A stretch of 64,000 bases of DNA from an uncultured Candidatus Peribacteria bacterium. Lineage in GTDB: Bacteria > Patescibacteriota > Gracilibacteria > Peribacterales > Peribacteraceae. Positions within the stretch are counted from its first letter, which is position 1; each line of letters starts with the position of its first letter. The position numbers and the translations under genes are program-made. This document shows, in pieces, positions 24,451 through 33,491 of this stretch. The notes under the pieces were generated by a model. The model made no database searches. It was not told the DNA's origin and saw only the letters and a program-made list of their open reading frames with translations. The DNA lies in the NCBI GenBank assembly GCA_964628805.1, contig CAZVOK010000001.1:44504-108503 (forward strand). The letters run 5' to 3'.

Positions 24451-27400
24451 ATGCCTATCCGCCTCCAACCCAGCCCATCGTGGGCGCTCTTATTCTTCAC
24501 GTTCTGCGCGCTCCTCACGGTATTTTTATCGCGCGTACAAGCCAAAGTAGTCATCAGCGAAGTCATGTGGATGGGGTCGGACCTGAGTACCGCCGATGAA
24601 TGGGTGGAACTGGCAGGGCTTGGCTCCGGGACAGGAAATACTACGGATATCAGTGGATTTACGCTGACATCACTCACGAGTACCAAGGGCGAAGTGCCGC
24701 TCATCAAATTTGGAACCGGTACCAGCATTGGTTCCGGACAGTTTATCGTGATCAGCCGCTACGCCGAAGGCGCATCCCGGCTTCTCTCTGCGCCATTTCA
24801 GGCCGTCAGTGATCTATCTCTCCCCAATACGAAGCTCCTCTTGCGGTTGAGAGATACCCAGGGGCAGGTGGTAGATGAAGTAGATGATGGAGTAGGCGAG
24901 CCCTTCGCGGGAACCAATGTCAGCGGTCAGCCGAAAGCGAGCATGCAGAGGAAAGACCTCTGGGCTGCGGGCACCGTGAAAGATAACTGGATGTCCTCGG
25001 TTCTGAGCCTGGGTTTTGATGAGGGATTCTCACTCTTTGGGACACCGGGATTTTCTCCTATAGAAGCTATTATTGAGGATACAGAGCCGCCTGTGGAAGT
25101 CACAGGATTAGCGGCTGAGGGAAAGGAAGAGGACACGGGAGTAACTGTGAAAGCCTCGTGGACGCCTGGTAGTTCTACAGATCTAGTAGTGCAAGAGCTC
25201 ACGCTTACTGCTTCGGGCACCTTGCTCGTTTCAGCAGAACTTCCAGCTACCTCTACAGGACTAACCATCCCAGCAGTGCCGCTCTATCAATCATATCAGC
25301 TTACAGTCCGATCCATAGACGATGATTCCAATATTTCATTTGGATCATCAGTAACGTTTGAGCCCTTATTGAAAACAATAAATCCGAATACATTTTCTAT
25401 TCAATTAGGTGAAGTATTGCCACGCTCTTTGGACGAAAATTCTGCCTGGGTGGAGATCGTTTCCGGTACGTCTGCCACATTGGATCTTTCAGGATGGGCA
25501 CTGGAGTCTTCGGGCAGTACATTTAATCTGACTGGTTCCATTGAAGCAGGGGAGTATCGGTCATTTTCAATGGATCCAGGTGTGCTAAGTCACACCGGAA
25601 CACTTTTACTGACATATTCCGGGTCTACGATGGATCAAGTAGCTATTCCTCTGCTGCCACCCGGAGTGAGTTACAGAAAAGCAGATTCTTCCTGGGGGCC
25701 AGAATGCATGCCGTCGCCTGGTTCGGCGGGAGAGGATTTGGTGTGGCATCCGGAGTTTTCCGTAGAGACACTTTCCAACGCATCCGGATCATTTTTGATC
25801 AAAAGTTTTATACAACTAGATGAAACAATGATCTCTCCTATCGAGTGCGCAGTGGATTGGGGTGACGGAGAGATGGTGAACGGCTGCAACGAGCATCAAT
25901 ACGAATACTTCATTCCAGGCTCTTATACTCTCACTTCTACGATAGTGAATTACTGTGGTACTACGGTAATACAACAGGAGAATGTGGAATTCATGAGGGT
26001 AACTGGCTCAATTTCGTCTTCATTGAGTGTCTCTTCCAGTAGTACATCTTCATCAGCTTCTTTTTCTTCCGTGTCTTCGTCCTCCTCCCAGGTTTCTTCC
26101 GGAAGCCCCTCAAGTTCTGGAGCGAGTGGGGGAGGAGGGACCACGGGCTCATCAGCGTCCTCTTTTAGTTCCAGTAATTCATCGGTTCTATCATCCGGAG
26201 AAGGATTAGTCCTCTACGCAGCTTTTCCCAATCCTAAAGGCACAGATACGGGAAAAGAATGGGTAGAACTCTGGAACAAGAGCAGTAGCATTCTTTTTAC
26301 TAATGGATGGAGCTTGGCTACCAAAACTACTACCAAACCTCTTCCGGAAAGTACTATTTTGCCTGGTGAGGTACTTCGAATATCTATTCCTACAGGGATG
26401 AGCTTAGGAAATACCGATGGTGTGGTGAAGTTAAAAGATCCTCATGGCGCCGAAGTATCAGTTCTTACCTGGCCTACAGCTGGTGATGATGAAGAAATAA
26501 GCTTCCTGCTTTCATCATCTCAGCCTGCAACAGTTACCCGTGTTTTGGATGGAGATACTTTCGAAGTGACTCTTCAGAATGATCCTTTGCAAAAACTGCA
26601 GAAGGTACGGCTCATAGGAGTGGATGCTCCTGAGTTAACGAGTAAAGATTCCAAAGAATTAGGGTACGCAAATGAATCTAAGAAATACACTTCAGACCTG
26701 ATTGAAAACAAAAAAATAGAACTACAATTTGATACAAGAAAGAAAGATGCATATGGAAGAATCTTGGCGTATGTGTACACAGAAGACGGGCAATTTCTCC
26801 AAAAGAACCTTTTAGAACGAGGATTTGCGAGGGTGTATCTTGCTTCTGAGTTTCAAAAGAAGGCAGATTTTCAAGCGTTCGAAAGTACAGCAAAGGAATT
26901 GGGTGTGGGAGTGTGGGGTATCAGTAGTAAGAGTTCTTCGAAAAGTAGTGTATTGAGTAGCAAGTCATCTTCTCAATCCTCTCTTACAGAAGAGGAAATA
27001 GTAGAACAAAAAATTGGTTCAGGGGCACTTATTATTACGGAGATCTACTCTCATCCGAAGAAGTCCGGAACAGGTGTTATGGAACTAGAGGAGTGGGTGG
27101 AGGTATTCAATGCCTCTGACGAACCGATAGATTTATCATTCGTCTTTTTTTCCAAAAGTCCATCTGATACAAAAAAATATAAAATACAAAGTGGAAGTGT
27201 AGTGGATCCACAGAGTTATGAAGTCATATTTCCTCAATCATCAGGGCTGAAATTGAATAACGATGGAGGAGAATTGTCTTTGAAAAATTTTGACGGATCC
27301 TTTGTTGAATACATTTTGTATCCAAAAATAAAAGAGGGGAATGCGTATGCAGATATGTCGGATTTCGATGTGCGAACTAACTGGTGCCTGACACTTCAGC

Positions 27401-27768
27401 CTACTCCCGGCTCCGGGAATATTTGTGAGCTTCCGGAAGTCCCGGCGAAAGCTACAAAAGTAAAAGCAACGAGCACCTCCAAATCGTCAGCTGCTAAAAA
27501 GACAACTATAAAAAAGAGCACTGCAGCCAAAAAGGCTCCAGTGAAAGTGAGTATGATGTACCACAATGTGTCTGCTGAGGAAGAAGGGGTAGGTGCGGGG
27601 AGCGGGGGATTACTAATGCAAGGATCACTGTTTTCGGGTTCCTTTCCTAGTTCAGGTGCTCCTTTAGGCCAGTCATTTCTCTTTATGACTGCCCTGCTTT
27701 TAGGCGTAGGAGCCACTCATTTTTATAACAAAAACGCCCTCAGATATAATAAAGAGGCATCTACTTGA
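24451..27768 (+). CDS. Surface-anchored extracellular nuclease: four lamin-tail domains, a PKD-like domain, an SNase (thermonuclease) domain and a C-terminal TM anchor
   Basis: LTD signatures: VISEVMWMG..DEWVELAG, SAWVEIVSG, GKEWVELWN, LEEWVEVFN. PKD-like: WGDGE..HQYEYFIPGSYTLTSTI. SNase: RVLDGDTFEV..VRLIGVDAPE..YGRILAYVY. The ATG at 24451 precedes the signal/TM segment WALLFFTFCALLTVFL. Confidence 0.85.
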   Translation: MPIRLQPSPSWALLFFTFCALLTVFLSRVQAKVVISEVMWMGSDLSTADEWVELAGLGSGTGNTTDISGFTLTSLTSTKGEVPLIKFGTGTSIGSGQFIVISRYAEGASRLLSAPFQAVSDLSLPNTKLLLRLRDTQGQVVDEVDDGVGEPFAGTNVSGQPKASMQRKDLWAAGTVKDNWMSSVLSLGFDEGFSLFGTPGFSPIEAIIEDTEPPVEVTGLAAEGKEEDTGVTVKASWTPGSSTDLVVQELTLTASGTLLVSAELPATSTGLTIPAVPLYQSYQLTVRSIDDDSNISFGSSVTFEPLLKTINPNTFSIQLGEVLPRSLDENSAWVEIVSGTSATLDLSGWALESSGSTFNLTGSIEAGEYRSFSMDPGVLSHTGTLLLTYSGSTMDQVAIPLLPPGVSYRKADSSWGPECMPSPGSAGEDLVWHPEFSVETLSNASGSFLIKSFIQLDETMISPIECAVDWGDGEMVNGCNEHQYEYFIPGSYTLTSTIVNYCGTTVIQQENVEFMRVTGSISSSLSVSSSSTSSSASFSSVSSSSSQVSSGSPSSSGASGGGGTTGSSASSFSSSNSSVLSSGEGLVLYAAFPNPKGTDTGKEWVELWNKSSSILFTNGWSLATKTTTKPLPESTILPGEVLRISIPTGMSLGNTDGVVKLKDPHGAEVSVLTWPTAGDDEEISFLLSSSQPATVTRVLDGDTFEVTLQNDPLQKLQKVRLIGVDAPELTSKDSKELGYANESKKYTSDLIENKKIELQFDTRKKDAYGRILAYVYTEDGQFLQKNLLERGFARVYLASEFQKKADFQAFESTAKELGVGVWGISSKSSSKSSVLSSKSSSQSSLTEEEIVEQKIGSGALIITEIYSHPKKSGTGVMELEEWVEVFNASDEPIDLSFVFFSKSPSDTKKYKIQSGSVVDPQSYEVIFPQSSGLKLNNDGGELSLKNFDGSFVEYILYPKIKEGNAYADMSDFDVRTNWCLTLQPTPGSGNICELPEVPAKATKVKATSTSKSSAAKKTTIKKSTAAKKAPVKVSMMYHNVSAEEEGVGAGSGGLLMQGSLFSGSFPSSGAPLGQSFLFMTALLLGVGATHFYNKNALRYNKEAST

Positions 27769-27798
27769 CGAATTGTCATTTATGAGTAGCATTTGGCA

Positions 27799-29199
27799 AT
27801 GTCTAGCCTAAAAAACACTCCACCGGCAGATCTCATAGATTCTTCTCTTCCCAGTAAAGAAGTTGTAGAAACTGTTCGAGGCGTTCTTCAAAATATAGAA
27901 GAACAAATTTCTCAGACCCGCGAAAGGTTAGGGGAGATATTGGATAGAAATATTTTCAATGCGGAGATGGCCGAACTTCAGGTGCAGATACTCGGAGTAA
28001 GAGACAAGATTTTTCATGTTATTCATCAGTATCAGGATAGGAACCGGGCATTTGGAGAGGCAGAAGCGGCTATCCAAGAATGGGCTTTGTCTGATCCCGA
28101 TGCAAAAGAAGGCTTGGATGAGTTTATGCAAATAAGCCAGCAGGAAAGAGAGAAAGAGAATAAGGATATGGCTGATCTTGCTGCTTTAGCTATTGAGCTT
28201 CAGCAAAAGTTGGAGAAAGCCTTTGTATCTACCACAAGTCAGAACAAAAAAGCCCTAGAGAAGCATCATGAGGTATCTGTGAATGCTTTGGTAGGATTGT
28301 TTACCAAATTGGGAGGTACAACTACTGAGGAAGAATTAAAGGAATATATTTTCAGTCCTGATGAATCAAAGCTTGAGGAAATTCTCCTGAGCCTTCCTCA
28401 CGAAGATACCAAGCGTAGAGCTAGGGTCTTGCTCAGTTCTTACAAGGCAAAGCTTGTAAGCAGGGACCCAAAAATCGCTGATCTGAGATCCGCCACTATC
28501 GGTTCCAGAATGATGAAAGCGGTAACAGCCACAGACGCAGGTTTGCAGAAAACGCGTTGGCTGGATTCCATCACGGACAAAGAAAAAAATGTGGCGTACC
28601 GTCAGTCTACGGTAAACGTATACACTGATACTGGTTCACATTTTTATTTCTATGTAGATAAAGATGGCGAGGTAGAAGTGACGTTTGCAAAATTCCCAGG
28701 CCAGCAAAATAGCGACGGTCCCTTGAATAAAGAAAGGGCATTGGCAATGTTACAGGCGGAGCAGAATCCTGATGATAAGAGTGTTCCCACATCTTCTGTT
28801 ATTTATGGACATCGATATGAGGAAAACGAAATACAAGATTCTCTGAAAGAAATGGTCAGTGGAGGCAATGTGGTTCTGGATTGCGAAATACTTGTAGACC
28901 CAAAGCCTGTACGTGTCTTCTTGAAGAAGAATGCAGCTGGTGCATTTGAGTATGTGGCACCTACGGAAAATCATCCAAATCTTCCTGCGGCAGAATTAGT
29001 AGCTGCAAACCCTGCCAAATATCTTCGTCCTACGAGCCTCCGTTTCCTCATGAATGGAATGGCTACGAAAGTACTCACTCAGGCAGAGCCACCTGAAGAT
29101 TCTGTTGCTCCTCCTCCTACACATACGGATTCTCATGTTGGAACAAACGGAGTAGCGCACACTGATCACTCTGCTCACGTTCCTGCACATGCTGAATAG
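27799..29199 (+). CDS. Orphan protein A (466 aa), coiled-coil N-terminus, His-rich C-terminal tail
   Basis: Long ORF with no motif recognised. The tail reads THTDSHVGTNGVAHTDHSAHVPAHAE. It overlaps the next gene by 11 nt. The ORF track starts at a TTG (27793). Confidence 0.7.
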   Translation: MSSLKNTPPADLIDSSLPSKEVVETVRGVLQNIEEQISQTRERLGEILDRNIFNAEMAELQVQILGVRDKIFHVIHQYQDRNRAFGEAEAAIQEWALSDPDAKEGLDEFMQISQQEREKENKDMADLAALAIELQQKLEKAFVSTTSQNKKALEKHHEVSVNALVGLFTKLGGTTTEEELKEYIFSPDESKLEEILLSLPHEDTKRRARVLLSSYKAKLVSRDPKIADLRSATIGSRMMKAVTATDAGLQKTRWLDSITDKEKNVAYRQSTVNVYTDTGSHFYFYVDKDGEVEVTFAKFPGQQNSDGPLNKERALAMLQAEQNPDDKSVPTSSVIYGHRYEENEIQDSLKEMVSGGNVVLDCEILVDPKPVRVFLKKNAAGAFEYVAPTENHPNLPAAELVAANPAKYLRPTSLRFLMNGMATKVLTQAEPPEDSVAPPPTHTDSHVGTNGVAHTDHSAHVPAHAE

Positions 29200-30217
29200 T
29201 GCTGAATCTGAAGGGCGACTGGATAGATTTAAAGACACGGTTTTACGCACGAAGATTGTTCAGTCTTCAGTGAGTTCTACTGTGCCAGGTGTACAAAAAG
29301 TAATGGGCCGTTCTTTGTTGAATTTGCTCTGGATGGGGGATCGACATATTCCTGCCAATGCTTCTGAAGCTGAAAAATCTTTTTATAAATCACACGAAAA
29401 AGTCACACCTGAAGCATTAGATCTTTGGGTACAGGCGTGGGCGGGGAATATTTATGTACTGAAAAAAACTGCCAGAGACACGTGGATGGATATTGTACGG
29501 AAGAAAAATTTACTGCCCGAAGGTGGCGACATGTCTGCTCTTATGCAAAATCCTCAAACACTGGATAAAATTTATGAGGGCTTGAGGGAGTTATTGGAAG
29601 AACGGATGTCGCATCAGCCAGTAGTCGCAACACCTCAAGGGCATTCTTCTCCGGTGGCTGCACCAGCTGCAGACACTCATCATACTGCACCTGTAGATAC
29701 ACATGGCCAGACTTCTGCGACAGGATCAGATGTTGTGCCGCTGGTTGTGGCCCCAGTTGACCACGGGAATTCAGGAAGTGATGCATCCCATTCGAGTGCT
29801 GTTAATGTGCATCATAATGTGGCTCCAGATGGAAATGCTTCTCATTCGGCGCAAGGACCAGCCCATGAAGAAGAAGGCCACGGCGGTCATAAAGAGCATG
29901 AAGAACATGAGGAGCACGACGAGCATCATGATGATCATGGAGACCATAGCCATGACCACGCCCACGATGCCCACCACGGGCCATCGCCAGAGCTTCAAAA
30001 GTTGATTGCAAAGGCCAATAATGGTTCCTGGAGCAGTATGGGTCTGCGCGCACTATTGCAACTTCGGGGTGCTATTCCAAACGATTCTCCTCACCATCCA
30101 AAACCCAAGTTTCCTCGCTTTGTAAGGGCTCCAAAGGCAAAAGCGACACATTCTGATCCACATGGACATGGCGGCCATGATGATCATGGTCATGGAGGGG
30201 GTCACGGCCATCATTAA
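29189..30217 (+). CDS. Orphan protein B (342 aa), extremely His-rich
   Basis: Internal HEEEGHGGHKEHEEHEEHDEHHDDHGDHSHDHAHDAHHG and the C-terminal tail HSDPHGHGGHDDHGHGGGHGHH. Confidence 0.7.
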   Translation: MLNSAESEGRLDRFKDTVLRTKIVQSSVSSTVPGVQKVMGRSLLNLLWMGDRHIPANASEAEKSFYKSHEKVTPEALDLWVQAWAGNIYVLKKTARDTWMDIVRKKNLLPEGGDMSALMQNPQTLDKIYEGLRELLEERMSHQPVVATPQGHSSPVAAPAADTHHTAPVDTHGQTSATGSDVVPLVVAPVDHGNSGSDASHSSAVNVHHNVAPDGNASHSAQGPAHEEEGHGGHKEHEEHEEHDEHHDDHGDHSHDHAHDAHHGPSPELQKLIAKANNGSWSSMGLRALLQLRGAIPNDSPHHPKPKFPRFVRAPKAKATHSDPHGHGGHDDHGHGGGHGHH

Positions 30218-30271
30218 GAGGTTTTGCCCATATTGTATGAAGAGCCGTTTTGTGATACAATAAACAGATTT

Positions 30272-33103
30272 ATGTCTGCAGATACACACACATCATCAGC
30301 CGGAGGTGACACTGATATGGAGGATCTGGACATAGGAAGTGAGCTGCCTGGGCATGTAAAAACTATAGCTACTCGCACCGAAGAGGAGATGCTTTTGAAG
30401 CATATGCTTGGTATAGATTTGCATGACAGCGAAAAGCAGATTGCCGCAAAAGTGTTTGAAGTAGTGAGCAGAGTGCGTGAGGATTTGGATGAGCATCATT
30501 TCACTGAACAGCTTGAAAAAAAGCTTACCGCAGCATTTCGTCGGATTAATTATCATGATCCAGAACATCATGGCGCTGTAGAATCGCATGATATTCTGAA
30601 AATCAGAGCTATTGCTGATGCAGTGAAAGAGAGCATTCCAGCAGATGTGCTCTACGAAATTTTCAGAACGCAGTCTTCTGTATTGGATAAAGATGCAGTA
30701 GTACCACCTGATACTGTTCGTGAAAATATTGGAACTTTAGGAGAGGTAAGTGTCGATCTGTCGCATCCTTTTTGGAAAGGAAAAAAGAAATTTACTGTCC
30801 ATGAGTTGGAGCATGAGTTTACGACCAAGGAACTTAAGAGCATTGGCATTTCCATTCCTGGACGTTCACCTAAATATAAGCTGACACTTGCCGAAGCGCA
30901 GGCGATTGCTGCGACAAATTTTGGTATTGTCAGTCCGGACAATGGCTACGGAAAATTTGAGGAAACAATTACAGACCATACGGGACTGGTAGGTATGTAC
31001 AGTGTGGACATCGATGCATTGATTTCAGCAGAAACTACGAATGACGCTCCTGCTGCGAATTTACAAAACTTGCGTATCGGCTCCTGCGATGCGGCGCAGC
31101 TAACATCACTTCTTTTATTTGAAGTGAACGGTGAGTACCCCTACTGGAATCTGCTTGTGAGATCTCCTGCTAATAGCTCTCCGCATCATTTAGTACCTGC
31201 GACTGGCACCCCACCTGCTCCTGTGGCAGCTTATATCGCCTCAGAAGTGTTTGGCTATTTGGGCAAAGATAGAATGAGGCCTATTGCCGGTGAAAATATC
31301 CAGCTGCATGCTCTGCATTCAAAAATGGTAGATAGCACGGATAATCAAGATCGTACTGCATTGTATGAAGGAAGTGATAATCCAATGGGCGCAGCTATTG
31401 CTTATGGACTCATGAATAAGCATCCGGATTTGAAAAATCTTTTGAAGGTCAATCACGATACGAAAAAATCAAAAAAAGAGATAGGTGTCTTGAGACAGAA
31501 GAAAAATTTGTCCGATTTGATTCAAAAAATACCTGCAGGACTCACTGTCACATCTGCTCTCTCACGGAGGCAGGCACAGGATATTCCTGGGCAAGTAAGT
31601 GCTGAAACCACAAAGTTAGATGCTGCCATTCAGTCCGCTCGTATAGCGGCTGCAGGCTCTAAAACTTATCCTCCAGTAAGTCTTACAGTGAACGGAAAAA
31701 CAGTTGGTCCGTTTGATCCTTTATCGCCTCGCGCGGACAGAGCGATTCAATGGTTGGAAGCACAGCAAGAAGAAGCAGAAAAGGCATCTAAAGAGTATGT
31801 AAAAATTGAAGGCCATGTAAAGGCAGTGGCAGAAACTTTATTTCTTTTGAATGAGAAGGAGGCAAAAAAAATGGATATTGTACAATTGTTCAAATTTACC
31901 CCTGCAGTACCTGCTTCTCCCGCTACCGCAACTACTCCTGCTATTCCCGCCACTCCCGCAACGGTCACGATTGATGATACGAAATGGGTATCTGGCTTGA
32001 ATGTTAACTCCATGCTGGCAAAGATAAAAACTATTGCAGATTTCGATGTACAAGAGCCTTCAAAAATTCAGGATGAAATCGACAAAAAAGAAAAGGCATT
32101 AAAAGATGCAAAAAATGCTAAAGGCCCAATTGGCGATAATGCCCAGTTCTTTATAGTAAAAGAATACTTCAAAAAGTACAAAGGCATGACAGATGTAGAT
32201 GCCAAAAAAGCAGCAAATTACCTGCTTGTCAGAAGTACTTTGGATGAAGAGGTAAGCCAGACTGCAGAGGAGTTGATTGAAAGTGTATACGGACATGATC
32301 CAGATAGAGGAGATCAGTTCTGGAACTGGTGGGAAAATACGGGGAATTTTTCTTTCGATGCCGAACGTAGAAGTCGTCGTATTGTGTATCAGGTGGCAAA
32401 AGCTGCAGGCGTCACTGTAGGCAGCGACCAAGACTCATGGGGAGTACGTTGGGAAAGCGCAAAATATCCAGCTTTGCTAAAAGCATATTTCTCAATAAAG
32501 AAACTAGCAGAAGGCGAAGGCCCTGCTGCTATTCGTTTGCAGAATACGAAGTATGTGAAAGCTCAGCTGAAAGAATTATCGAAGGCTATTTTCTCTAAAA
32601 ATATTGAAGACATGGCTCAGTATTTGGGTCCGGATGCTGCAGAAGCAGTACGCAAATTTCCTACGAAAGAAGAAAAGAGAAAAATGTTCAAGAAATTACT
32701 CGAAGGTGATGCACCTGCGAAGAAAGCAGACGAAATCCATCACATCATCGAGCGTGCGGATCAGAAGACGGACTTCTGGAGACGCAAGGTGGCACCATGG
32801 TCCTGGAAAGCTCCTACATATGCCGCAGTAGGAACTGCCAAAACTGGCTATAAAGTAGTGAAAGGTGTGTATTACGATGCTCCAAAATGGGCAATTACAA
32901 ATACTTATGACAAAGTCGCTAAGCCAACAATCAATGTTATAAAGAAGCGTGGTAAAGCAGTGTTTCTTGGAGCACTGATTGGAACATTTGTTTTCCCCGG
33001 AGTTGGTACTGCGGTAGGAACAGCAGTAGGTTCTGTATGGAAAACTAAAACTGATGCAGGTCATGCTTCTGATCACGGACATGGCCACGGTCATGGACAT
33101 TAA
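30272..33103 (+). CDS. Orphan protein C (943 aa), tail-anchored by a Gly-zipper TM segment followed by a (His-Gly)n tail
   Basis: No motif recognised. The C-terminus reads AVFLGALIGTFVFPGVGTAVGTAVGSVWKTKTDAGHASDHGHGHGHGH. The ORF track begins at 30224; the first ATG after the stop of gene B with sensible spacing is at 30272. Confidence 0.7.
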   Translation: MSADTHTSSAGGDTDMEDLDIGSELPGHVKTIATRTEEEMLLKHMLGIDLHDSEKQIAAKVFEVVSRVREDLDEHHFTEQLEKKLTAAFRRINYHDPEHHGAVESHDILKIRAIADAVKESIPADVLYEIFRTQSSVLDKDAVVPPDTVRENIGTLGEVSVDLSHPFWKGKKKFTVHELEHEFTTKELKSIGISIPGRSPKYKLTLAEAQAIAATNFGIVSPDNGYGKFEETITDHTGLVGMYSVDIDALISAETTNDAPAANLQNLRIGSCDAAQLTSLLLFEVNGEYPYWNLLVRSPANSSPHHLVPATGTPPAPVAAYIASEVFGYLGKDRMRPIAGENIQLHALHSKMVDSTDNQDRTALYEGSDNPMGAAIAYGLMNKHPDLKNLLKVNHDTKKSKKEIGVLRQKKNLSDLIQKIPAGLTVTSALSRRQAQDIPGQVSAETTKLDAAIQSARIAAAGSKTYPPVSLTVNGKTVGPFDPLSPRADRAIQWLEAQQEEAEKASKEYVKIEGHVKAVAETLFLLNEKEAKKMDIVQLFKFTPAVPASPATATTPAIPATPATVTIDDTKWVSGLNVNSMLAKIKTIADFDVQEPSKIQDEIDKKEKALKDAKNAKGPIGDNAQFFIVKEYFKKYKGMTDVDAKKAANYLLVRSTLDEEVSQTAEELIESVYGHDPDRGDQFWNWWENTGNFSFDAERRSRRIVYQVAKAAGVTVGSDQDSWGVRWESAKYPALLKAYFSIKKLAEGEGPAAIRLQNTKYVKAQLKELSKAIFSKNIEDMAQYLGPDAAEAVRKFPTKEEKRKMFKKLLEGDAPAKKADEIHHIIERADQKTDFWRRKVAPWSWKAPTYAAVGTAKTGYKVVKGVYYDAPKWAITNTYDKVAKPTINVIKKRGKAVFLGALIGTFVFPGVGTAVGTAVGSVWKTKTDAGHASDHGHGHGHGH

Positions 33104-33116
33104 TCCCTAGAATTTT

Positions 33117-33491
33117 ATGAACACCCACACCCTCTCCCCCACAGGCTTCCCACACATCTTCAGCCAGATGGTCAGTGAGGCTGCCATGGAACTTCCTGCA
33201 CTTACGAGTGCCAAGGACATGCAGTTCCTGCGTGAAGTGACGGCTACGTGCATCGATGCCTTTTGGGCGAATTATCTTTCACTGCAGACTCCGGAGTCGC
33301 AGGCAGAGTACGAAGATGCGTGCGAGAAAGAAGATACAGACAGAATCATCGCTTGGATGACCGCACATGCAAACTTCAAAGCTGATGCGAATGCTGAAGC
33401 ACAGGGGGCAAAAATCTTGGAAGAAATTGCCGCCAAGCTTCCTGAGGCTATGAAAGCAGATTACGCAGATCTTCATTCTTCTCAGTTATGA
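33117..33491 (+). CDS. Orphan protein D (124 aa), small and acidic
   Basis: A 4-nt ATGA overlap joins it to the next gene. No motif. Confidence 0.6.
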   Translation: MNTHTLSPTGFPHIFSQMVSEAAMELPALTSAKDMQFLREVTATCIDAFWANYLSLQTPESQAEYEDACEKEDTDRIIAWMTAHANFKADANAEAQGAKILEEIAAKLPEAMKADYADLHSSQL

